Source: Candidatus Nanohalarchaeota archaeon (GTDB lineage: Archaea > Nanohalarchaeota > Nanosalinia > Nanosalinales > JAFCCC01). From it: DNA of 64,000 bases. The DNA is taken from the NCBI GenBank assembly GCA_017610385.1, contig JAFCCC010000002.1, positions 64,001 through 128,000 on the forward strand, written 5' to 3'. Shown here piece by piece: positions 20,401 through 29,420 of this stretch. The notes beneath the pieces were generated by a model that made no database searches, was not told where the DNA came from, and saw only the letters and a program-made list of their open reading frames with translations. Both the position numbers and the translations under genes were made by a program. Positions within the stretch are counted from its first letter, which is position 1. Every line of letters starts with the position of its first letter.

Positions 20401-20759
20401 GTTATGGCCCTTGAATCTGAAACATTCCAATTTCCAGTAGTGTTTTGTGACCAAACAGAATAAGTATAATTTGTTTCTAATAAAGAGGTATTTGAAGTTG
20501 TAAGATTTACATACGCATGAGTCAAGGAAGTGTTTGTTAGAGAGAAATTAAAAGATCCTGTTGAATTGCTCCAGGTGATTAAAGACTGATTTAAATCTTC
20601 ATTAGAGGTGACGTTAAGATAAAAATAAGTGAGAGTAGAATTTGCAGCGTTTTCTGGTGTAGACGGAAACTGAATTGTTGCGGCATTTGTTTTAACTGCA
20701 TAACAGAAAACCATTACGAACAGAATCGCGAGTAAGGCAGGTTTATAAGTTTTATTCAT
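17439..20759 (-). CDS. Large membrane-anchored surface glycoprotein (Ig-like/FN3 repeats, CARDB/NEW3-like domain, helical stalk, TM, basic cytoplasmic tail)
   Basis: Signal peptide after AAGGAG SD (start 20759), repeated D-x-x-x-P / D-x-AGN Ig motifs, dense sequons, S/T linker, TM IWIYIVIPIIILLIVAFVLYF. Confidence 0.8.
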   Translation of the reverse strand: MNKTYKPALLAILFVMVFCYAVKTNAATIQFPSTPENAANSTLTYFYLNVTSNEDLNQSLITWSNSTGSFNFSLTNTSLTHAYVNLTTSNTSLLETNYTYSVWSQNTTGNWNVSDSRAITFDRTAPSFINTTINNTSPTNQSTNTITCNYADFSVRYANLSFEYSNGTLIDFSLMTNYPDENKSNLSYTFSTTEIEFIINITLTDWAGNSQTNTTLIQSNGTIADTFVIDSRAPVLANYSPSVYTSDQNVTLTVDVLDRFLNSSTISFYFNNSEVTPDSSVTITHGKRLTYFVTNLDDDTIYFVNVSANDTWGKELNLSSGYWSFHVDASAPTAATNFIINHTADQTPTSNDTYNRNNLTLNWTAATDSETYISQYVLLARNRSLSQQTGSFGSWTSWYNLNSSILNTSTNYLVENLIDDYQYEFNLTAYDAANNTAKTGTLNATIDLSAPELSRYVNGTEIKYPTHWTNYTNLTIWLNITDVSGINNNSINVTFNGTYPSFNIWPQSQNQTLYQINFSVTNLENNNNYSVVLYANDTLNQNTTISYNISTDFDAPTSISVANLTAPYSGAGGWYNNSVVWVVTCSDAISGASVYTVNETSYSNDWTNSSNFTIDTNGNYTYLFQCKDQAGNINSTLQVIPVDNSAPVIDYNSRSPRGSGVAVTNAVLKINFSDGESGIDTSSCIMSWRRASQSTYTTLSYDDCSSVGVIYIRSLDEGTTYYMNITVYDKVGHSDNEVWSFLTTTGSTTTDGSSSSSSSTTNETTTTDTYSLAWQNLPTAINVFQGNSTSFEIQLKNTGNQNIANTTISLTGILLNTIDPSEISIISSGATRLIKITLNTTKNDSVGVYDYTLKAQGSEATATATLKVKIQPAINDSTQYVKTIADCIIEYGKVKELLEKANKTVENQTSLEGIVVLLSEVESLIQQANNSLNSEDYAQVVQLQKEINNRLTTAKATLETIIGNKKVSIWIYIVIPIIILLIVAFVLYFSLVPEDKRLIKKLGVSLPKIKMLKIKKKEKQINEPIPSRIKKLRKSLNKEKNEEKEVKKEYNFLADKKMSTLKEEIQEEKRLEKEQEKSLRKLKGEQVRQKLGQKFSKLKLHLKKDK

Positions 20760-20863
20760 TATATCTCCTTTACTAACTATATTTTGACAATCGTTTTTAT
20801 AGCTTTTTCCTTTTAAATTTATATACTTCAAAAAATCAAAGTTATGGACAAGTGTGATTTAAA

Positions 20864-21502
20864 ATGAAAATTTTGGCTTTGGTTTCTGGCGGAATTGACT
20901 CCCCAGTAGCTATGCATTGTTTTTTAAAAAAAGGTTATGATGTAGAATGTGTTATTTTTGAAAGTACTCCATTTACTAAAAAAGAAGAAGTGATGACTGC
21001 TAAAGAAACCATAAAAAAGCTAAGTCAAAAATATGGAAAAAAGTTTAAAACGTATATTGTACCTCACGGAAAAACCCAAGAAACTTTTTTTAATTTAGTT
21101 AAAGAATCAGATTTAAAGTATAGTTGTATATTCTCTCGAAGAATGATGTTGCGAATTTCTGAAAAAATTGCAAATGAAAATGGATGCTCTTTTCTATTAA
21201 CTGGTGATTGTTTGGGCCAGGTTGCATCTCAAACCTTAGATAATCTAATTTTAATTGGGAACGTGAGTAAAATTCCTGTCTTACGACCGATTATTGGTCT
21301 AGATAAACTAGAAATAATTAAAATCGCTCAAGAAATAGGCACTTATGAAGTTTCTATTAAAGGCGGAATTTCCTGCGCAGTTAATGCAGATTACCCAGAA
21401 ACCCATGGAAAACAAACTGAAATGGAAAGAATTGAAAGCTCTTTAGGAACTGAAAAATTAATGAATGCCGCAGTAAGAAATATGATAATTGAAAAAATCT
21501 GA
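20864..21502 (+). CDS. thiI: tRNA 4-thiouridine synthase ThiI, catalytic domain only
   Basis: SGGIDSPVA PP-loop, GDCLGQVASQT, RPIIGLDK.EII..A..IGTY; no THUMP domain. Confidence 0.85.
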   Translation: MKILALVSGGIDSPVAMHCFLKKGYDVECVIFESTPFTKKEEVMTAKETIKKLSQKYGKKFKTYIVPHGKTQETFFNLVKESDLKYSCIFSRRMMLRISEKIANENGCSFLLTGDCLGQVASQTLDNLILIGNVSKIPVLRPIIGLDKLEIIKIAQEIGTYEVSIKGGISCAVNADYPETHGKQTEMERIESSLGTEKLMNAAVRNMIIEKI

Positions 21503-21562
21503 TTGGTTTGAGATTATTTTAATTTTGGATTGTTCCTCTTTGGATACATTTAAAAAATTTAA

Positions 21563-21802
21563 TTATTGTAAAAGTGATTTTAAAATCGATTCTGCTTCTT
21601 CCTTCGTACAATTTCGGAGAATTAGTCCTGTAGGGGTCAGGGAAATATTCTTTTTGAGGAATTCAAAAATTAGAAGATGTTTGGTATTCATAGAAACTAT
21701 TGCTTTTAGCAAAATCTTTGTCCGAATTGATTCAAACTCAGTTGCTCTGATATCCACTCTATAGCCTTTTTTGGTAGCACATTTTCGTAATCTGTCTATC
21801 AT
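21563..21802 (-). CDS. Small hypothetical protein
   Basis: 79-aa ORF; no clear family. Confidence 0.5.
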   Translation of the reverse strand: MIDRLRKCATKKGYRVDIRATEFESIRTKILLKAIVSMNTKHLLIFEFLKKNISLTPTGLILRNCTKEEAESILKSLLQ

Positions 21803-21912
21803 AATCTATTCTATTTCTCCTAATCTATCTCAACATATTTCAATTTATACTTATATTTTTGTATTAAAATTCTTGTGTTAGAAATTTAAATTTGCAAATT
21901 CTATTATATAGT

Positions 21913-22362
21913 ATGCAGTGTGAAATTTGCGGGAAAGAGGCCAAATTGATTAAAGCGGAAATTGAAGGTGCTGTAATGAATGTTTGTTCTGATTGTGCAA
22001 CTCTTGGAAGAAACTTGGAAATTCATACAACCTACGGGACTTTAACGGGAAATTCCAGTGTAAATTCTGCTTCAGAATTAGTTGAAAATTTTGGGGAAGT
22101 AATTAAAACTGCTAGGAATTCTTTGAATTTAAGCTTGGAAGATTTTGCCAATAAGATAAATGAAAAAAGTTCTGTTTTAAAAAGGGTTGAGAATGGTTCT
22201 TTAAGTCCTTATGAAAAATTAGCTAAAAAAATTGAAAAAGAACTGAATATTTCATTATATGGCATACCACCCAATGCTTTTCAAGTAAAAAAACAGAATT
22301 TTAAAAAAGAAACAACGCTTGGAGATGTTGTACGGATTAAGACCAAACATCAGAGTTCTTGA
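21913..22362 (+). CDS. Archaeal multiprotein bridging factor aMBF1 (Zn ribbon + Cro-HTH)
   Basis: MQCEICG...IEGAVMNVCSDC, HTH, C-terminal TLGDVV. Confidence 0.9.
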   Translation: MQCEICGKEAKLIKAEIEGAVMNVCSDCATLGRNLEIHTTYGTLTGNSSVNSASELVENFGEVIKTARNSLNLSLEDFANKINEKSSVLKRVENGSLSPYEKLAKKIEKELNISLYGIPPNAFQVKKQNFKKETTLGDVVRIKTKHQSS

Positions 22363-22820
22363 ACAAGTTTGTCTAAAATGATGTGTGAATTATAGGCCAA
22401 AAAGCTAAATAAAGCAGGAATTAACGTGTGAAACGTAAATAGAGTTATGATCCCAATAAAAATAGAGAAAATGATAGAAAATTTGAACGTATGTGTAATT
22501 CCTCTGTGTTTTGGCTTAAACCACGTTAACAAAATGTATAAAAACATTCCAGAACCGAAAGAAGCGATAAATGCAATTTTAAGATTGGGGTAACAAATAA
22601 CGCCAATAACAATTATTGCAATGATTATTATAATGGATTTTACCCAGCGATGAATCTTGGAATTTTGATGATCTACATCAGGAAAGAGTGCTGCAAATCC
22701 GATTAATAAAAGAGAAATTGCAGTAGATTTGATATCTAATAAAATCAATTGACGGAATACATAATATAGTATTGCACAAAAAACAAATCCAAAAATGAGA
22801 TGAACTTTATAATCTGGCAT
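22350..22820 (-). CDS. Membrane-bound metal-dependent hydrolase (YdjM-like)
   Basis: H..FG, LFPDVDH, HRGITH, SHIILD motifs in a multi-TM protein. Confidence 0.88.
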   Translation of the reverse strand: MPDYKVHLIFGFVFCAILYYVFRQLILLDIKSTAISLLLIGFAALFPDVDHQNSKIHRWVKSIIIIIAIIVIGVICYPNLKIAFIASFGSGMFLYILLTWFKPKHRGITHTFKFSIIFSIFIGIITLFTFHTLIPALFSFLAYNSHIILDKLVQEL

Positions 22821-22876
22821 ATTATTAATTTATTTTCTTGAGTATATTATTAACTTTCTTTATCGTGACTTTAGGC

Positions 22877-22965
22877 GAATTTAATAGAAATCTAATGATG
22901 AATTTAATATAAATCTAATGATGAATTTAATATAAATCTAATGATGAATTTAATATAAATCTAAT
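22877..22965. repeat. 23-bp tandem repeat, about 3.9 copies
   Basis: Unit gaatttaatataaatctaatgat at 22877, 22900, 22923, 22946 (first copy one mismatch, last truncated); no spacers. Confidence 0.95.
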
Positions 22966-23410
22966 CAAGAGTTAATTCTAATAATTTTTCTGTGATGTGA
23001 TTTGAAAAAAGTTCTATATCATCTGATTTTGCAAGCAAGATATTCTCAGAAAGAGGTTCTTTTAACAAGTTCGCTTCTTTTAAAAGATCTTTAGAATTGC
23101 CAATAGAACAAATAAGTTTCTTTTCTGTGTTAAATTCCATTAAGATTGTTTTTAACTCCTCTTTTTTTCGTATTTTGTGTCTATAATTCACCAAAATTAT
23201 TGCGTCATAGTCTTTAACCGCAATTTCTTCAAAAGAATAATCTGGTATTATCGGAATTCTATTGACAACTGTTTCTTGTGTTTCAGCCGCTAAAGTTATA
23301 TTTACGCCACGATTTTCTATTATTCTCATAACCTGAAATAATTGAGGTTCATTGAATCCAGGAGCAATAATAAAAAGAACTGAAGCATTCTCCAAATCTA
23401 AATCTGGCAT
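22961..23410 (-). CDS. DJ-1/PfpI-fold protein, apparently catalytically inactive
   Basis: VLFIIAPGFNEPQ, PDYSFEEI..KDYDAIIL, KLICSIGNS..LL..ANLL; catalytic Glu and Cys positions appear replaced. Confidence 0.75.
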   Translation of the reverse strand: MPDLDLENASVLFIIAPGFNEPQLFQVMRIIENRGVNITLAAETQETVVNRIPIIPDYSFEEIAVKDYDAIILVNYRHKIRKKEELKTILMEFNTEKKLICSIGNSKDLLKEANLLKEPLSENILLAKSDDIELFSNHITEKLLELTLD

Positions 23411-23526
23411 GTTAGTATTAAGAAGTTAAAGCGTTATATTTTTGAGTATATTTCTAAGGCGTATTATGTGTTTTTTGTGGTGTGGATGAGCATAACAATT
23501 TTAAGTATGTGCCCTATTTTTAGATT

Positions 23527-25254
23527 ATGAAACATTTAGCAGTTATTGATCCAAAGAAATGTAACCCAAATAAATGTCATCACGAGTGTATGAAGGCTTG
23601 TCCTATTAACAGACAAGACAAACAATGCATTCACCTAAATGAAAAAGGAGATTTGGCGAGAATTGATGAAGATTTATGTATTGGTTGCAAATTATGTATT
23701 AAAGCATGTCCTTTTGGAGCGATTCATATTGTTAATCTTGCTGAAGAAAAAGGCCAATTAGTTCATCAATTTGGAAAAAACACTTTTAGATTGTATAATC
23801 TGCCGGCACCAAAAGAAGGGTTTGTTGTGGGCTTGCTTGGACAGAACAGTGTCGGAAAGACAACTGCTTTAAGAATTTTATTTGGAGATATTAAACTAAA
23901 TCTAGGGGATTTTGAAAATGTTCCGAAGTTAAAAGAAGTTATTTCTAAATTTAGAGGAACTGAACTTCAGAATTTTTTTGAAAAATTTGAAAATAAAGAA
24001 ATTAAGGTTGCATACAAATCCCAACAAGTTGATAAAATTCCTATGTTGTTCAAAGGAAAGGTTTCTGACTTCTTGAAAAATAAAAGAAAAGAAGTTGAAG
24101 AAATTTGGAATCGTAAACTAAAGGAGTTAAGTGGGGGGGAACTGCAGAAAATAGCAATTTTTGCTACAATAGAAAGGGATGCTGATCTTTATCTTTTTGA
24201 CGAACCCTCGTCTTATTTAGATGTTAAACAAAGATTAGAATTAGCTAAGGACATTAGAAAATTAGCTGAAACTAAAAAGGTTGTAGTTGTTGAACATGAT
24301 TTGGCAACTCTTGATTTTCTTTCAGATATAATTTATATTTTCTATGGAGATGCAGGAGTTTTTGGGGTTGTGTCTCAAAATAAATCAGTTCGAGATGGCA
24401 TTAATCAATTTTTAGATGGATTTTTGATCCAAGAAAACATTAAAATAAGACCAGAAGAGATCAGCTTTCTGGTTAGACGAAATAAATTTGCTCTAGAAGA
24501 AAGTATTTTGGAGTTTCCAGAAATATATCATAAATTTAAAAACTTTGATTTAAAAATTGAAAAAGGTGAGATTCTAAAAGGAGAGGTATTAGGCATTTTT
24601 GGGGAAAACGCCTTGGGAAAAACTACATTTGCGAGAATTTTAGCTGGCGAATTAAAACCAAAGAAGGGTTCTTTTAATAAAATCAGAATTTCACATAAAC
24701 CACAATACCTAAGTTCTGATTTCAAGGGAACTGTAAGAGAAGTATTAAGCTTGAAAAATGATATTTATTCTACTGAATTTAGAACAAAATTCATTCAACC
24801 ATATGATTTAGAGAAATTAATGGAGAAAAAAGTAGATGAACTAAGTGGGGGGGAATTGCAGAAAATAGCAATTGTTTTGTGTTTGGCGCAAAAAGCTGAT
24901 GTTTATCTTTTGGATGAGCCTTCTGCATATTTGGATGTTGAAACTCGAATAAAACTAGCCAAAGATTTGAGAACTTTTGTTGAGAAAAATAATACGTCAG
25001 TTCTAATTATTGACCATGATTTATTGCTTTTAGATTATGTTTGCGACCGAACTATTGTTTTTGAAGGAATTCCAGGAATAAGCGGACATGCAAGAAGTCC
25101 GGTTCCATTGAGAGAAGGCATAAATGAATTTTTAAAAAATCTAAATATCACCTTTAGAGTAGATCCAAGAACTGGCCGACCAAGAGCAAACAAAATTGGA
25201 TCCCAGAAAGACAAGGAACAAAAGAAGAAGAAGGATTTTTACTGCGCCGCCTAA
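23527..25254 (+). CDS. abce1: Ribosome recycling factor ABCE1/Rli1
   Basis: N-terminal 2x[4Fe-4S] (CNPNKC..EC...CP; CIGCKLCIKACP), two ABC domains with LSGGELQ, C-terminal GRPRANK. Confidence 0.96.
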   Translation: MKHLAVIDPKKCNPNKCHHECMKACPINRQDKQCIHLNEKGDLARIDEDLCIGCKLCIKACPFGAIHIVNLAEEKGQLVHQFGKNTFRLYNLPAPKEGFVVGLLGQNSVGKTTALRILFGDIKLNLGDFENVPKLKEVISKFRGTELQNFFEKFENKEIKVAYKSQQVDKIPMLFKGKVSDFLKNKRKEVEEIWNRKLKELSGGELQKIAIFATIERDADLYLFDEPSSYLDVKQRLELAKDIRKLAETKKVVVVEHDLATLDFLSDIIYIFYGDAGVFGVVSQNKSVRDGINQFLDGFLIQENIKIRPEEISFLVRRNKFALEESILEFPEIYHKFKNFDLKIEKGEILKGEVLGIFGENALGKTTFARILAGELKPKKGSFNKIRISHKPQYLSSDFKGTVREVLSLKNDIYSTEFRTKFIQPYDLEKLMEKKVDELSGGELQKIAIVLCLAQKADVYLLDEPSAYLDVETRIKLAKDLRTFVEKNNTSVLIIDHDLLLLDYVCDRTIVFEGIPGISGHARSPVPLREGINEFLKNLNITFRVDPRTGRPRANKIGSQKDKEQKKKKDFYCAA

Positions 25255-25255
25255 A

Positions 25256-26605
25256 TTACTCAGCCATTAACTGATCTAGGCTTTCTTTAAAAGAGGGATT
25301 TTTTAGTGAAATGTCTTGTGCAATAGCTCGCGCAATGTCTCTAATTTCCCATTGTGCGGCTGGTTTTAATCTATCACCCATAAATCCAGAAACAATATTC
25401 CATGCATTTAATTTTATCAAACTGCAGATTTCTGTTGCATGTGGTATAACGCCTATTGCTTCGCTTTTTGGGATTCCCGAACCCACCATTGCTTCATAAA
25501 GATCAAAAGATCTATTACACGTATCCTGAAATGCAGTAAAATATGAAGAGTTTCTTATTGTTTCTGGGACTACAATTTCACCTCTTTGAGCCGCTGAATA
25601 AATTGATTCATAAATCTGAGGAATAGTATCATGCCGTTCCAATTGATGTAGTGCATTTAAAGACATTTTTGCTACATAACCGGTTATATTCCCTACAGAA
25701 TTTGATAAACTTAACATAGCCTTTTTTGCTAAATCTTTACCTCTTGCAAATTCGATCATTTCAGAAGTTAAAGGAATACTGACTAAAATGGGTTTAGAAA
25801 GCGAAAGATTACTTAAATATTTGCTTAATTTATCATCTTCGGAAATAAATATATGCGCCATTCCTGGGAATTTTCCTTGCGCAATAAATGCTTCAACATT
25901 TTTGGGAGCATATAACGTTTCATATCTTTTTTCTAATTGCGTAAACGTTAGTTTTAAAGTTCGGGTTAATAATTCAGGAATCCAAGTATTGTCTTCTGGA
26001 TCATAAGCCGCTTTTAGACCTGTAAATGATGCAAAATTTCCGTGTCCGTGAAGATATTTAGCAGCGACTAGTAAAGGATGAATAAATCTAGCGTCCTCTC
26101 GTGGAATTTGGTTTGCTGAATGTGGCTCTGTCATTTGCATATATATCCCAAACGAATCTTGGAATAATTGCAAAACTTGATCTTCAAATTCTGTGCCACT
26201 AATTGCGGCAGGCATAAAATATTCTCCTGATCGATTCTCTTCACCAGATCGTGTATATCTTAGAGAAGTTTGTAAAAATTTAGTAAAATCATCAGCACAC
26301 AAACCTAAAGTAACTAATCTTGGAGCTACGACTTCAATTCCGTGTGGTGCTTGATAAAAAACAGAAGTATGTCCTCCTTCTGCGCATGCAAAGAACAATT
26401 TTTCAAGTACGGCTTTTCTTTCTTCACTAGAAATTCCTTTTAATTCTTTTTCATAAATTTCGTAAGGACCTAATTGAGAGCGGCTATATGCTGTACGTGC
26501 TGTACCAAATGTAATCTCTTCAACACCATAGTCGGGATTCTCTTGGTTTTGAGCGCCCCATCGTAAATTTGCTTCTGGTTCCCGAATTATAATTTCTCTT
26601 CCCAC
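25256..26605 (-). CDS. thyX: Tandem-domain FAD-dependent thymidylate synthase (ThyX-like)
   Basis: GHTSVF, QTSLRY, IPREDARFIHP in the N half; QLERH, GIPKSEAIGVIP, AQWEIRDIA in the C half. Confidence 0.75.
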   Translation of the reverse strand: MGREIIIREPEANLRWGAQNQENPDYGVEEITFGTARTAYSRSQLGPYEIYEKELKGISSEERKAVLEKLFFACAEGGHTSVFYQAPHGIEVVAPRLVTLGLCADDFTKFLQTSLRYTRSGEENRSGEYFMPAAISGTEFEDQVLQLFQDSFGIYMQMTEPHSANQIPREDARFIHPLLVAAKYLHGHGNFASFTGLKAAYDPEDNTWIPELLTRTLKLTFTQLEKRYETLYAPKNVEAFIAQGKFPGMAHIFISEDDKLSKYLSNLSLSKPILVSIPLTSEMIEFARGKDLAKKAMLSLSNSVGNITGYVAKMSLNALHQLERHDTIPQIYESIYSAAQRGEIVVPETIRNSSYFTAFQDTCNRSFDLYEAMVGSGIPKSEAIGVIPHATEICSLIKLNAWNIVSGFMGDRLKPAAQWEIRDIARAIAQDISLKNPSFKESLDQLMAE

Positions 26606-26784
26606 AACTCAAAATATTAGAATTTTGAATTAAAATAGCTTTGTAATGTGAACGTAATGTGCAACACATAAGGAATAGAAACTTCTAAAAAAATACAAGA
26701 TTTAGTTAAATTTGAGAAATGTTAATTTTGCTAATGTGAAATACAAATCCAAATCCATAAAAATCTTCGTGTTAAATCAAAACT

Positions 26785-27336
26785 ATGAAAGAAAATATTG
26801 TTTTTAGTAAGATAGGTGCGGAAATTGCCAGGCAACTTCGTACATTGCACCAGGTTAAAGAAGAAAGTAGATATACTACCGCAATACTTTTTCCAGACGA
26901 CGAAAGACAATTGCATGACGTAGTTCCTTATGGAACTTCTGCCCTTCAATCTTGGTTGCGTGATGGGGGAACAAAATTTCACACTGAAAAACGCGAAAAA
27001 ACAGTGATTGTGGAAGATTATGAACGTACTAAACAAAACAGAGATGCACTTAATGCGTTCTGTTACCAGCACACACCCCAAAGCGTCATGTTTTTTAGAC
27101 AAATCTATGAGGCATTTGAACAAGAAACACCTTTGCCAGAATTCATATATAAAACCGTAAAAGACACTGTTGGGGTGCTCGAACACCTCGCATCAAATGA
27201 AATTCCTGAAGCATATACTCTTTTAGAACAATATGCAATACCAGACAGCGACAGAGCAGATCCACTAAATCAGCTTTCTTTAGAGATTTCTTATGCATTG
27301 GACAGACTTACTGAACTCAGTTCTACTAATCAATAA
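26785..27336 (+). CDS. Hypothetical protein (ORFan)
   Basis: 183-aa ORF, no motif recognised. Confidence 0.6.
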   Translation: MKENIVFSKIGAEIARQLRTLHQVKEESRYTTAILFPDDERQLHDVVPYGTSALQSWLRDGGTKFHTEKREKTVIVEDYERTKQNRDALNAFCYQHTPQSVMFFRQIYEAFEQETPLPEFIYKTVKDTVGVLEHLASNEIPEAYTLLEQYAIPDSDRADPLNQLSLEISYALDRLTELSSTNQ

Positions 27337-27394
27337 ATTTAAATGCGGCATAATTTAAATATGATGCAGAAGTTCATAGGAGGGCAGTATAAGC

Positions 27395-27658
27395 CTAATA
27401 GATTGATTCTCCGCATGAAACGCCTTCTATACCACTTAAAGAACTTTTCATCTTCTTTAATTTAGTCCTAATCCGGTCAATATCTAAATCCATACCACGA
27501 AGATCCATTTTAGTCTCTTCAACACCTCTAAAGTCACTTAGAATTTTAAGAGTTATCGCATCAACACCTTTGATTTTAGAGAGTTCTTTTACAAAACTTA
27601 TTGAATCTATATCTGTTGGTTTAAAAATGCCCAAAGTTAATTTGTTGATTTTTGTCAT
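27395..27658 (-). CDS. DUF211-like small ferredoxin-fold protein
   Basis: KLTLGIFKP...LSKIKGVDAI...G.DLD...SSLSGIEGVSCGE resembles DUF211. Confidence 0.65.
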   Translation of the reverse strand: MTKINKLTLGIFKPTDIDSISFVKELSKIKGVDAITLKILSDFRGVEETKMDLRGMDLDIDRIRTKLKKMKSSLSGIEGVSCGESIY

Positions 27659-27752
27659 AAAGTATTATTTGCTTTGTGGTTTTATAAAATTTAGTTAGAA
27701 CAACACAATCATTTTTATATCTTTTTACTACTATAATAAGACAAGCGATTTT

Positions 27753-28472
27753 ATGTCAAATTCACCATATTCTATAGCTATGAAAAATGGAAGAGTAAGT
27801 TATTGGGCTACTGGAATAACAAATGACGGATTTCCGCGGGGCGGAACTCTTGAGGTAAAACACATAAATCATGGTAATTCTTTTGCAGTGGTCTTTGGGT
27901 GTTATGATTCTGAAAAAGACGTATCAGTTTATTGTACACCAGACACTCAAGAAATTAGAATAACTGGTTCTTGCGCACCAGAAGCAATAAAAGCTATTTT
28001 AGGCGCTACAAGAGACTTAGATCAACTATCTATAAGAAAATCAAATCATAATTCGGGAAACAGAACCATAATCCCCCTAGAATTGTGGAAAATAATAGAT
28101 CAAATAGAAGATCCAAAATTGACACCATATTTTCCTAGACGTGAAATAACTTGTTTTCCATATGCAGAAGATCATGATAGTGGAAAAGATCTGGGTTTCC
28201 TTAAGTTAGTAGCAAAAGAACTTGATGTTTTAGATGATGCAGCAAAAGAGGGTTTTGGAATTATTGGTAGAGATTCTAGAGTAAAAAAAGTACGTGGTTT
28301 TGATATTGCACGGACGGTAGCCAAAGGACTTAAATTATTCTTGTCTTCTGACGGACGAGATGAATTTCATGGGATCCGTTGTTATTCAGATAGTGGTGAT
28401 GGCGTTATTGAACTAGATGCGCCTGCACAAGAAAGACTTCAACAATTTTTAGAAAGCGAATATTTTCTTTAG
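27753..28472 (+). CDS. Hypothetical protein (ORFan)
   Basis: 239-aa ORF with TTTTATAT about 30 bp upstream. Confidence 0.6.
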   Translation: MSNSPYSIAMKNGRVSYWATGITNDGFPRGGTLEVKHINHGNSFAVVFGCYDSEKDVSVYCTPDTQEIRITGSCAPEAIKAILGATRDLDQLSIRKSNHNSGNRTIIPLELWKIIDQIEDPKLTPYFPRREITCFPYAEDHDSGKDLGFLKLVAKELDVLDDAAKEGFGIIGRDSRVKKVRGFDIARTVAKGLKLFLSSDGRDEFHGIRCYSDSGDGVIELDAPAQERLQQFLESEYFL

Positions 28473-28550
28473 AAAGTGCGTATTTATTTGATTAAAAAGC
28501 GAGAATCCAATTTAAATCAGAAGAAATATATTTTAATCATAAAACTTCGC

Positions 28551-29069
28551 CTATAAGAATCGTCGCTCAGAACTCGGAGATGAAGAAAAATCAGGTGAAA
28601 ATGGATTTATTCGTTCTGGTTCTTTTTCAGGCGGCGCTTTAAAAGAATTATCAGTGGAAACCTCTGCTGAATTCTTATTAGATTCTTTCATTTCTCTTAA
28701 TAAACTAATCATTTCTATATTTTGGTCTCGGATTTCCTTTAGAATTTCAACAATAGGATCATTTAATTTTGATTTTGGTGGTTCTGGTTTTGGTTGTATG
28801 GGTCTTTCAAATAAGGGTTTTTCAGAATCAGACAAATCTCTTATTTCTGGTTCAGGCTCTTTTTCCTTCTTAATCGGAGATTGTTGTGAACTGTATTTTT
28901 GTGCCTGTTGTTTAAGAAAATCAAGAGAAGTCGACGTTTTTGGTTCAATGTTTTCTGGGTTCTTTTTTTTATCTAACAAAGGATTTATTTTAGGATCCAT
29001 TTTAGGAATCACAGAATTATTCTCATGTTCTTTTCTAATTTCGTCTTTAATTGTGTCAAAAAATGTCAT
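28551..29069 (-). CDS. Disordered P/S/E/K-rich protein with short coiled coil (paralogue 3)
   Basis: ILKEIRDQNIEMISLLREM motif; GGTGA SD overlaps the previous gene's stop. Confidence 0.75.
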   Translation of the reverse strand: MTFFDTIKDEIRKEHENNSVIPKMDPKINPLLDKKKNPENIEPKTSTSLDFLKQQAQKYSSQQSPIKKEKEPEPEIRDLSDSEKPLFERPIQPKPEPPKSKLNDPIVEILKEIRDQNIEMISLLREMKESNKNSAEVSTDNSFKAPPEKEPERINPFSPDFSSSPSSERRFL

Positions 29070-29071
29070 AT

Positions 29072-29419
29072 TCACCAAAGTCTCCTTTCTTCAAAAGGTT
29101 TATCATAATACTGTGAACTTGATTTAGATTCCACTGAAGATGAAATCGGATTTTGTTTTTCTAAATCTCTCTTTTTTACTATTTCTTCAAGTAATCTTAT
29201 AATTCTTTCGTTTTGATCTAACATTCGATCAATTTTCGAAATTATAGAATATTGAGATTCAGAAGAATGAGGCTCCATTCCAGGCAAATTAAATAAAGTA
29301 TTCATTTTCTCAGAAGTATCTTGAATTTCAACTTCTTCGTTTGTATCTGAATCACTATAATGTTGAACTCCAGTAGGTTTAAGTTCAATCTCTGTTGGCT
29401 CTTGCTTTTTTCTAAACAT
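29072..29419 (-). CDS. Disordered protein with short coiled coil (paralogue 2)
   Basis: KIDRMLDQNERIIRLLEEI motif; starts 1 bp after paralogue 1. Confidence 0.75.
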   Translation of the reverse strand: MFRKKQEPTEIELKPTGVQHYSDSDTNEEVEIQDTSEKMNTLFNLPGMEPHSSESQYSIISKIDRMLDQNERIIRLLEEIVKKRDLEKQNPISSSVESKSSSQYYDKPFEERRLW

Positions 29420-29420
29420 A

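Noticed and set aside
22877-22965. Possible CRISPR array
   Set aside because: Units are contiguous with no spacers, and no cas genes are in the window.
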